Assembly (NCBI GenBank): GCA_032250835.1
Contig: JAVVEA010000006.1
Span: 64,001-128,000 of the forward strand
DNA length: 64,000 nt
Origin: a bacterium
Lineage (GTDB): Bacteria > SAR324 > XYD2-FULL-50-16
Direction: 5' to 3'
The stretch's first letter is position 1, and each line of letters starts with the position of its first letter. The notes under the pieces are model-generated. The model searched no databases, had not been told where the DNA came from, and was given only the letters and a program-made list of their open reading frames with translations. The translations under genes were made by a program, and so were the position numbers. Shown here one piece after another: positions 49,957-57,969 of the stretch.

Positions 49957-52023
49957 ATGGACCATCCAGAGTTGGCGTTGAAGGCGCTGCTCGCGTCGCG
50001 GCCCTTTGGGCAAGCCGACGCACAACTGCTTGAGGCGCTGCTGCGGCTCTGCAGTGAAGCCTCATTCCAGTCGGGCCAACAGGTGCTCGAACATGGCATC
50101 CGCAACGATCGGATTTATTTGATCGTCAAAGGCCGTGCCTCGGTCTTGGTTGACGGCGAAGAGATCCTCACCTTAAGCCCCGGCGAGTTGATTGGCGAAA
50201 TGAGCGTGATCAGCGGTGGCCCCACCACCGCCGAAGTGGTCGCGCTCGGTCCGCTACAGATCCTCTGGTTCACCGAAGCGCAGATTAGAGACAGCGGCAG
50301 GCAAGACCTACAACACTTGCTGGACCGCGTCTTTTTGCGGATCTTAACGGACAAGTTGATCCGCACTACCTCCAAGGCCCAACAGTATGAAGGGGCCCGC
50401 AAGGAACTGAACCGCTCCCAAGCGGCACTCAAGCAAAATGAATCTAACCTGCAAGCCCAGCGGGACATTCTCGACTCGGTCTTGCGTAGCCTCAACGAAG
50501 GGGTGGTGGTGTTGGACCCGGCCCAGGGGTTGCTGCATGTCAACGCCGGGTTTTTACGGCTCATGGGCCGTGAATTTGTGCCTACCGATCTCTTCTCTTG
50601 GCCCGAGGAATTGGGCCTCTACCTGCCTGACGGCAAGACGCTGATCCCTGCGGTAAGTTTGCCGATGGTGACGGCGCTACGCGGGGAGATGGTGGAAAAC
50701 TTAGAAATTTTTGTCCAAAACGAACAGCTCCCCGAAGGCCGCTGGCTCTTGGCTAGTAGTCGCCCGTTACGTACCGGGCATGACCCTAAAGTGCGCGGAT
50801 CGGTGGTCACTTTTTTTGACTACACCCAAAAAAAGGCCGAAGAAGAAGCGCTGCGCCGGGCCAAGGAACTCGCCGAGGCCCAAGCCAGGGCGCAGGCCAA
50901 CTTTTTGAGCATGATCACCCATGAGTTGGGCACGCCCCTCAATGCGGTGATCGGCATGACCGACCTTTTGTTGCAGCGCGACCAAATTGCCGAAGACGTC
51001 GAAGATGCGCTGTTGACCATCAAAGACAGCGGCGAAGGGCTCTTGACCATGATCCGCAACCTGTTGGAGTTCCAACAAATCGAGGCCGGGAAGGTGCAAC
51101 TGCGTCGCGAGTTAGTGGGGTTGCGGCGGTTCTTGGAGTCTAGCGCAGAGTTGATCCGGCCAGCGCTGCGCGAAAAGGGTCTGGAGCTTCGCCTGGAACT
51201 AGACGAGGGCGACTTGGGAGCTTTGAACCTGGACCGCCGCCGTTTTGGCTTGGTGCTGTTTAACCTGCTGGGCAACGCCCTAAAATTTACCCACCAGGGG
51301 GCGGTCACCTTGGGTTGCCGCCGTGAAGGGGAGGAAGTCCATATCTGGGTTGCCGATACGGGCATTGGGATCACCCCGGAGGCTCAAAAACAACTTTTCC
51401 AGCCCTTCACACAGGCTCAATCTGGGCTGGCGCGCAAGTATCCGGGCTTGGGGCTGGGGTTGATCTTGGTGCGGATGATGACCCGCGCCATGGGCGGCGA
51501 GGTGGAACTGCAAAGCCAAGCGGGCCAAGGCACCCAGGTGACCTTAAAGCTGCGCGGGGACTGGTCCGAAGACCGTAGTGAGATCAAGAAGGAAGCGGCC
51601 AATGCCCTAAAGATTGGGCTCGAATTTGCCCAGCGCTACCCGGCCCGAATCTTGGTGGCCGAAGACAACCGGGGTAACGCCAAGTTGGTCTTGCGGGTTT
51701 TGGAATTGTTGGGTTATCCGCACGATTGGGCCCAAGACGGCAAGGAAGCCCTGGAAATGGCGCGCCAGGGGAACTATCAGTTGATCTTAATGGATATCCA
51801 GATGCCCGAGATGGACGGCTTAGAGGCAACTGAGGCGATTTTGCGGGAGTTAGGCGAGGCGGCTCCGCGCATTTTGGCGCTGACCGCCAACAGTGAAGAC
51901 CAAGTGCGCGAGCGTTGTTTTGATCTAGGGATGGTTGGCTACCTAACCAAACCCCTACGGATCGAGCAGTTGGCCGAACACTTGATCTGCTTCTTCGCCC
52001 CGCCGCAAGCTGAGGAACTTTAA
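49957..52023 (+). CDS. Hybrid histidine kinase (cNMP-binding, PAS, HisKA, HATPase, REC)
   Basis: GELIGEMS; THELGTPL; NLLGNALKFT; DTGIG; LMDIQMPEMDG. Confidence 0.93.
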   Translation: MDHPELALKALLASRPFGQADAQLLEALLRLCSEASFQSGQQVLEHGIRNDRIYLIVKGRASVLVDGEEILTLSPGELIGEMSVISGGPTTAEVVALGPLQILWFTEAQIRDSGRQDLQHLLDRVFLRILTDKLIRTTSKAQQYEGARKELNRSQAALKQNESNLQAQRDILDSVLRSLNEGVVVLDPAQGLLHVNAGFLRLMGREFVPTDLFSWPEELGLYLPDGKTLIPAVSLPMVTALRGEMVENLEIFVQNEQLPEGRWLLASSRPLRTGHDPKVRGSVVTFFDYTQKKAEEEALRRAKELAEAQARAQANFLSMITHELGTPLNAVIGMTDLLLQRDQIAEDVEDALLTIKDSGEGLLTMIRNLLEFQQIEAGKVQLRRELVGLRRFLESSAELIRPALREKGLELRLELDEGDLGALNLDRRRFGLVLFNLLGNALKFTHQGAVTLGCRREGEEVHIWVADTGIGITPEAQKQLFQPFTQAQSGLARKYPGLGLGLILVRMMTRAMGGEVELQSQAGQGTQVTLKLRGDWSEDRSEIKKEAANALKIGLEFAQRYPARILVAEDNRGNAKLVLRVLELLGYPHDWAQDGKEALEMARQGNYQLILMDIQMPEMDGLEATEAILRELGEAAPRILALTANSEDQVRERCFDLGMVGYLTKPLRIEQLAEHLICFFAPPQAEEL

Positions 52024-52832
52024 GTGCTTAGTTCCTGGCGCAGGATCTCTAAGATTTCCACTACGCCCCCTGCTTGGGGTTCTTTAACTTGGTAGCGGGC
52101 CACTTCGGCTAAGGATTTGTGCCCATTGCCGACGCGGATGCCTAACCCGAAAAGCCGTAACATATCAAAGTCGTTTTCTTGATCGCCTACGGTGACCACC
52201 TTCTGGGGGTCTAATTCCAGCGCTTGGATCAACTTCAGCAGCGCCAAGCCCTTGCTGGTCTTACCGTTGACCATTTCTAGGTAATAGGGCTGGCTTTGGA
52301 ACAGCTTGGCTGGGGCCCGGTTGCCCAAGATGGCCAATAGCTTGGTCTTAAACTCCATCAGCCGCAATTCGGGCCCAAAGAAAACGATCTTGATCGGATC
52401 GTCTAACAAGGCGGCCTTGATGTTTTCGCAGACCTCCCCAGCGGCAAAGTGGGTCCCCTCGTGGGGCCAGACGGTTGCATTGGATTTGAGCACCTCCCCG
52501 CCTAACATATGCGCCTTGGCGGAGATGTCTGGGTATAGGTCCAATAACATCATAGCGATCAATGCGGATTCCAGCGGCACCCCGGCGATCACCTCCCGTT
52601 CGCCCGTTTCAGGGTTGTCGAAGACCGCGCCATTGGAAAAAACCATTGGCTCGATGATGCCCAAGCGCTCTAAAAAAGGTTCGGCACTGCCGTAGCCCCG
52701 TCCGGTGGCCACACTGACCCGCAGCCCCAATTCTCGAAGCCCGTGGACTGCTCCAATAGTCTCTTCGGTGAGTTCGAAATTAGAGTCCAGCAGGGTTCCG
52801 TCGAGGTCAAAGACCACCATCTCGTATTTCAT
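52020..52832 (-). CDS. Cof-type HAD-IIB hydrolase
   Basis: FDLDGTL, ATGR, SKG, GDQEND. Confidence 0.92.
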   Translation of the reverse strand: MKYEMVVFDLDGTLLDSNFELTEETIGAVHGLRELGLRVSVATGRGYGSAEPFLERLGIIEPMVFSNGAVFDNPETGEREVIAGVPLESALIAMMLLDLYPDISAKAHMLGGEVLKSNATVWPHEGTHFAAGEVCENIKAALLDDPIKIVFFGPELRLMEFKTKLLAILGNRAPAKLFQSQPYYLEMVNGKTSKGLALLKLIQALELDPQKVVTVGDQENDFDMLRLFGLGIRVGNGHKSLAEVARYQVKEPQAGGVVEILEILRQELST

Positions 52833-53434
52833 GGCTTACCTGACTGGTAAATCGCCGGATTCAGCCGGGGGTCGTTGTACATCTTAAACTGGCGGTAGAG
52901 CTTAAACTGACGGGTGCCCGCCTGGATGTCGCGGACCAGTTGCCGCAAACAAGACAATAGGTCGGCTCGTTGCAGCGTTAAGATGGCTACCTTCTGGACT
53001 GCTTGGTCGCGGTGCTCTTGTTCCACTTCAGTCCGCTGGGTCTGTTCGGCCATGTGGTAGATTTTTAAGGAAAGGATCGAGCACCGGTCAATCATGCTGC
53101 CCGGCGTTTCGGAGTTGAGCGGGGCCTGATTGGGCAACCGAACTCCTTGCTCCGCTAGGGCTTCTAAGATGGCTTCGTCGAGGCGCTCGATCAGGTCGTT
53201 GCGCCGTTGGTTGTGCCCATCAATGTTGCGTTTAACCTGGGCAATGGCGCTGTCCGGGGCCTTGGGATCGCGGGCTAGGTCTTCTTGGTGCCAGAGGCTA
53301 AAGTTTTCTAGATGTTGGCGCGCCACCAGGCCCAGAAAATCGTCGCTCAAGGCGGCGGGTTCTGCTTGGTGCCACTGGGCTACCAGTTGCGTCTGGAGTT
53401 CGTCGATTTGGTCTAATTGGTCCAGCATAATCAC
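52829..53434 (-). CDS. DUF4254 family protein
   Basis: LWHQED.AR...[27 protein letters not shown]. Confidence 0.85.
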   Translation of the reverse strand: MIMLDQLDQIDELQTQLVAQWHQAEPAALSDDFLGLVARQHLENFSLWHQEDLARDPKAPDSAIAQVKRNIDGHNQRRNDLIERLDEAILEALAEQGVRLPNQAPLNSETPGSMIDRCSILSLKIYHMAEQTQRTEVEQEHRDQAVQKVAILTLQRADLLSCLRQLVRDIQAGTRQFKLYRQFKMYNDPRLNPAIYQSGKP

Positions 53435-53594
53435 TTGGGGTTGTATGTTTGCCTTGAGCCTAGTAAAGCCCCGCCACTTGGGCCAGCAAAAAATCCAGCC
53501 CTTTAGGCTCCAGCTTTGGCGTCATTCTTGTATCTCCATGGGGATAACAAGTGGGTTTTGGCCCCTTTTGTAGAACCAGTTCAGGAGAACCCGC

Positions 53595-54155
53595 ATGGGA
53601 AACCAATTCAAACAGCTTTTAATCACCGCCCTGCTAGTCTTGGGTTTGGCGGCTCCTGCCTCGGCGGATATGATGGGCGTCTATGCCGATATTCCGCTTA
53701 GCCACAGCTTAAACGGAACGCAGTCTGATGGCAGCACCATTGAATCGGACGGAGCCCCTTCGGGTTATATGCTGGGCCTGACCTTGCCCTTTTTTATGGG
53801 CCTAGGTTACGAGGCTTATAATACGGGCATCAAGGACGATTTAATCTCGGATATCCAGTTGGAAACCAAGATGTACAACCTCTTCCTAGACATCCCCTTC
53901 CCCATGTTAAACTTGGTGGTTGGCGTAGGTGCTGGCAAACACAACATCACTTGCACCGGCTGCGAAGGGGCTTTTAACGAAGGAAATGCCAGCCAAACCT
54001 TCGTCAACCTCGGTTGGCCTGTCGTGTTGGGTCTTTTTGATGTCCATTTGGGCTACCATATGGTCAAGGGCAAGATTGCCTATAGTGCCGATACGTCCCA
54101 GGAAATCGATACTCAGGGTACCGTAACCAGCTTGGGTGTTAAATTCGGCTTTTAG
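53595..54155 (+). CDS. Small outer-membrane beta-barrel protein
   Basis: Signal peptide (ASA-D), alternating strands, CxxC loop, ends GVKFGF. Confidence 0.75.
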   Translation: MGNQFKQLLITALLVLGLAAPASADMMGVYADIPLSHSLNGTQSDGSTIESDGAPSGYMLGLTLPFFMGLGYEAYNTGIKDDLISDIQLETKMYNLFLDIPFPMLNLVVGVGAGKHNITCTGCEGAFNEGNASQTFVNLGWPVVLGLFDVHLGYHMVKGKIAYSADTSQEIDTQGTVTSLGVKFGF

Positions 54156-54300
54156 GGCTCCTTTTTTTGCGGGTTGACGGCCCAAAGGGTCGCTCAATCC
54201 GTCCCCCCTCCGCGCGGTTTTGGCCTCTACTCGGATGATTCTAGGGGTACCAGAAGGGTTCCAGTTTCTCTAACCAGAACCTAATCTAAAGAGAGCTTCC

Positions 54301-54822
54301 ATGACGAACCAGCCCATGAAGCTTCTACTGACAGGTCTTTTGGCCATGGGGCTTACTGCACCGGTCTCGGCCGATATGTTGGGGTTCTATGCCGACGCCC
54401 CGGTCAAGCAGGTCTTCACCAGCAAGGACCTGTCTTCTGATGGGAATCCTTCGGGCTATAGGGCCGGCGTGACAAGGCCCTTCTTTTTTTGGCTCAGGGT
54501 ATAAGGCCTATGCCACCCCTATCAAGGCAACTGTTTTGGACCTGACCCTGAACACCGAGATGTACAATCTTTATTTAGGCCTCCCCTTCCCCATGTTAAA
54601 CGTGGCGTTGGGCGGCGGTGTGGGCAATCGTAGCCTCGTTTGCTCTACCTGTGACGGACTTTATACCGAAGAAAGTGCCAGCCAGACCTTTCTCAACTTG
54701 GGTTGGCCCTTGGTCTTAGGCATCTTTGATGTGCCTGTTGGCTACCACCAAGTAGCGGGCAAGGTGCGGGTGCCGAGACCAAAAGCGAAGTGGCCAACCA
54801 AGGCATTAAGATCGGTTTCTAG
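54301..54822 (+). pseudogene. Frameshifted tandem paralog of 53595-54155
   Basis: Aligns to the upstream gene; frameshift in T7 run at 54484-54490, second shift near 54767, original end GIKIGF-TAG at 54822. Confidence 0.8.
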
Positions 54823-54826
54823 GCCC

Positions 54827-56164
54827 CTATTGGGCCGGCTGCCCGACTAAGATGGTCGCTTCAATCCGCCCGCCGCTACGCCGCACCAATTCCATTGAGC
54901 CGCCATGCCGTACAAAGGCCCCGGCGATTAAGTGATGCATCAGGACTGGTGACAAAAATCCCGGCTCTAAGGTATCAAATAGATCCTTAGGACGGTACAA
55001 GAGCCGCTCTCCCTCCTCAGACAATTCCAATCCCTCGACCGTAAAGTTGATTTCCAGGAATCCCTCTTTGTTTTTGCCTTTGGCGGTAAAAACCAGAGTG
55101 CCCGTTTTGGCTTCAAATTCTTGTAGCGAAGCGATCAGGCCATAAAAACGTGCTAAAGCCGAAGACAAAAGCTGCGGGTCCCCTTGACCAATCAGCTTGC
55201 CTAGGTTGCTGGCGAAGCTGAACAGACAGGTGCGGGCCTCTTCGCTTTTGGAGAAGAGGCTTAAGCTTTGGTGCATCAGCTCTAAGGCATTGAAGCTCTG
55301 GTAGCGCAGCGGAGCGCGGTGGGCTAAGCCGTCGAGGTTTTCCACCAAGGCCTCGCAGAGCACTTGCAGCCCTTCGAGCCGGCCTAAAACCAGCAATCCG
55401 GGCCTAAACTCTGCGGGTCCACGCATTAGGTCTAAGGGAAAGAGGTCCATCAGCCCTAAGCTGATGCGTAGTTTGTCGGCCAACTCATCGATCAACTTGC
55501 CAAAAAAGAGCATCATCTTCGCCGCCCGGTTGCGCTCTTCGAGGGCCTGGGCTCGGCTAGATTCCAGTTCGCTGAGCAATTGGTTCTGGAAGTTGATGAT
55601 CTCTTGCTCTAGCTCGGGCATCTCGCGCAGGTCTTTGAGCAATCCTGCCCCTAGGCTCTGTTGTTTGCGCGCGAATCGCTCGATGGCGATGATCACTTCT
55701 TTTTGTTTGCGGTATTTGGACTGGAGGTGTTGGGCCTGCTGGCGGCGTTGCTGTTGGTGTGCCTCACCTTCAAGCTGGCTGAGGCATTTGTTTAGCTCGG
55801 GGCCGTAGACCCGCTGGATCAGCTCAAAGTAGCGTAGCTTGTTGTCCGTCAGTTTTGCCGGTGGGAAGAAGAGGCGGTGGGGGATATCACCGCCCGATTC
55901 GGTACAAAGCAACAATTCCGCTTCGGTCTCTAGGGCCTCGGGCGGATTTTTTTCTTTTTTGTGTTTGAGCTTTTTTTGGTCCAGTTCGTAGCGGACCTGA
56001 CCGCGATAATAGCGCAGGTCACGGGGCGGCAGTACTTCTTTGAGGGCCCTCAAAAAAGCGTGGATCAGCTCCTCAGGGGTCTTGGGCCCTGGTGCTAGGA
56101 TAGATTCGGAATATTTTAGGAAACGCTTGGATACATCCCAGCGCTTGTGCCGGTTAGTGCTCAT
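54827..56164 (-). CDS. Hypothetical coiled-coil protein with degenerate histidine-kinase-like C-terminus
   Basis: Coiled coil, GDPQLLSSAL and HGGSMEL...GG HATPase-like segments, no H-box His. Confidence 0.55.
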   Translation of the reverse strand: MSTNRHKRWDVSKRFLKYSESILAPGPKTPEELIHAFLRALKEVLPPRDLRYYRGQVRYELDQKKLKHKKEKNPPEALETEAELLLCTESGGDIPHRLFFPPAKLTDNKLRYFELIQRVYGPELNKCLSQLEGEAHQQQRRQQAQHLQSKYRKQKEVIIAIERFARKQQSLGAGLLKDLREMPELEQEIINFQNQLLSELESSRAQALEERNRAAKMMLFFGKLIDELADKLRISLGLMDLFPLDLMRGPAEFRPGLLVLGRLEGLQVLCEALVENLDGLAHRAPLRYQSFNALELMHQSLSLFSKSEEARTCLFSFASNLGKLIGQGDPQLLSSALARFYGLIASLQEFEAKTGTLVFTAKGKNKEGFLEINFTVEGLELSEEGERLLYRPKDLFDTLEPGFLSPVLMHHLIAGAFVRHGGSMELVRRSGGRIEATILVGQPAQ

Positions 56165-56227
56165 AAAGGGCCACAGGGGTTTGGGCCTATCATAGCCCGG
56201 CCTGTGTGTAATGGGCAAGGTGGGGCC

Positions 56228-56258
56228 AAAAAAAAGCCCCTCAAAGAGGGGCTTTTTT
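56228..56258 (-). terminator. Rho-independent terminator after rplT
   Basis: AAAAAAAGCCCCTC-AAA-GAGGGGCTTTTTT. Confidence 0.9.
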
Positions 56259-56282
56259 ATCCAACCTAAGACCCAAGTGGCT

Positions 56283-56642
56283 TTAAGCAGCCAGCTTGGC
56301 CTTGGCTTGCTCGGCAATCGCGGCGAAAGCGCTGAAGTCACTAATAGCCAATTCAGCCAGCGACTTGCGGTCGATTTCGATTTGAGCGAGCTTCAATCCG
56401 TGGATCAACTTCGAATAGGTAGTCCCGCAGACGCGAGACGCCGCGTTGATGCGCACGATCCAAAGCTTGCGGAAGTCACGCTTCTTAACCTTACGGTCAC
56501 GGTATGCGTAGACTCTTGCGCGGTCAACGGCCTCTTTGACGGTCCGTAATAGACGGCTACGCCCACCACGGAAACCTTTGGCCGCTTTAAAATAAGCGTT
56601 CTTTTTCTTTCTGGCGTGTACCGCCCTTTTTACTCGTGCCAT
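56283..56642 (-). CDS. rplT: 50S ribosomal protein L20
   Basis: MARVKR...[20 protein letters not shown]. Confidence 0.98.
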   Translation of the reverse strand: MARVKRAVHARKKKNAYFKAAKGFRGGRSRLLRTVKEAVDRARVYAYRDRKVKKRDFRKLWIVRINAASRVCGTTYSKLIHGLKLAQIEIDRKSLAELAISDFSAFAAIAEQAKAKLAA

Positions 56643-56667
56643 TGCTCGTTCCTTAGGTCCTTATGCG

Positions 56668-56871
56668 TTAGCCGTAGGGCATCATGCGCTTGATGCTGGG
56701 TGCATCGGCTGCGGAAATGAGGCCAGCCTTGCGCAAATGCCGCTTTTTGTTGGCGCTGTGCTTGGTCAAAATGTGGCGCAAATTTGCTTTTTTGCGCTTG
56801 ATTTTGCCGTTAGCGGTAATCTTAAAGCGCCGCTTCGCGGAGCTTTTGGTCTTCATCTTATATTTAGCCAT
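56668..56871 (-). CDS. rpmI: 50S ribosomal protein L35
   Basis: KMKTKSSAKRRFKIT...RHILTK. Confidence 0.97.
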   Translation of the reverse strand: MAKYKMKTKSSAKRRFKITANGKIKRKKANLRHILTKHSANKKRHLRKAGLISAADAPSIKRMMPYG

Positions 56872-56874
56872 ATC

Positions 56875-57432
56875 TTAGCCCTTTTTGTTCGGGGACAAGA
56901 TGGTGTGAGCGGTACGCCCTTCGGCCCTGGGGGCCGACTCCATCTGGCCCAGGTCTTGGCAGTCTTCGGTAAAACGCCTGATCAATGTCAGGCCTAACTC
57001 TTGATACGCCATTTCGCGGCCACGGAACTGTATGGTTACCTTGACCTTATTTCCTTCTTCTAGGAACTCACGAGCGTGTTTGAGCTTGAACAGATAGTCA
57101 TGCTCTTCCGTCTTGGGTCGGAGTTTGATCTCCTTAACCTTGATGACGGTTTGTTTCTTCTTCGCCTCGTGTTGCTTCTTACTGGCCTCATATTTAAACT
57201 TACCATAGTCCATGATCCGACAAACCGGCGGATCGGACTTAGCGGCAACTTCAACAAGGTCCAGACCTCTTTCTTCCGCGATTCGGCGGGCATCGTCGGT
57301 GACGACAATACCCATCTGTTCACCGTTTTCGTCGATCAGACGAACCTCGGGGACCCGAATGCCCCGGTTAATTCTAGTTTGATCTTCTTTGCGAGGCGGT
57401 TGTACTGGCCGCTTCTTCCTGATCGGTGCGAT
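56875..57432 (-). CDS. infC: Translation initiation factor IF-3 (non-AUG start)
   Basis: RIN..IR..EVRLI, PPVCRIMDYGKFKY, KEIKLRP; AGGAGG followed by ATT-ATC. Confidence 0.95.
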   Translation of the reverse strand: MAPIRKKRPVQPPRKEDQTRINRGIRVPEVRLIDENGEQMGIVVTDDARRIAEERGLDLVEVAAKSDPPVCRIMDYGKFKYEASKKQHEAKKKQTVIKVKEIKLRPKTEEHDYLFKLKHAREFLEEGNKVKVTIQFRGREMAYQELGLTLIRRFTEDCQDLGQMESAPRAEGRTAHTILSPNKKG

Positions 57433-57464
57433 AATCCCTCCTGAAACCGTGAAGAAAGGGGTTA

Positions 57465-57536
57465 TAGGCGCGGACGGGATTGAACCGTCGACCACTACCG
57501 TGTCGGGGTAGTGCTCTCCCACTGAGCTACGCGCCT
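57465..57536 (-). tRNA. tRNA-Val(GAC), atypical
   Basis: AGGCGCG/CGCGCCT acceptor stem, anticodon loop CCGACAC, no encoded CCA. Confidence 0.85.
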
Positions 57537-57554
57537 ATAAAGAACTGATATGAC

Positions 57555-57630
57555 TGGTGGAGGATAGCGGGGTCGAACCGCTGACCTCCTGCTTGCAAGG
57601 CAGGCGCTCTACCAACTGAGCTAATCCCCC
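57555..57630 (-). tRNA. tRNA-Ala(TGC)
   Basis: GGGGGATTAGCTCAG..., anticodon TGC, CCA encoded. Confidence 0.95.
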
Positions 57631-57666
57631 AGCTTTTATCAGCAAACCCTTGCGGGCTAAAGCGTC

Positions 57667-57743
57667 TGGTGGGCCAGGGTGGATTCGAACCACCGACCCC
57701 GTCCTTATCAGGGACGTACTCTAACCAACTGAGCTACTGGCCC
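57667..57743 (-). tRNA. tRNA-Ile(GAT)
   Basis: Anticodon loop CTGATAA, CCA encoded. Confidence 0.95.
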
Positions 57744-57770
57744 AGACAAGCTTTCGCCTTTAAAAGAGCT

Positions 57771-57799
57771 TTTTTATCGAGCTGGCGGCGGAATGTCAA
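57771..57799 (-). promoter_or_regulatory. Sigma70 promoter for tRNA-Ile-Ala-Val-infC
   Basis: TTGACA-17nt-TAAAAA. Confidence 0.65.
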
Positions 57800-57969
57800 A
57801 GGAAAACTTTTAGAACCTCCCGATTTTTGGTCGAGGAATCCTTTGCTTGTCCTAAGGCATCCAATCTTTGGCTTGATCAAAAAGCCCTTTAGTTGATAGT
57901 TTTTCGAAGTAGGAAAAGCAACCCCCCAATACCAAAAAAAAATCACCACCAGGGCATTTAGGAGGAGAC

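Noticed and set aside
57436-57522. Extended N-terminus of IF-3 from the ORF track
   Set aside because: It lies within tRNA-Val; an SD sequence points to a downstream ATT/ATC start.
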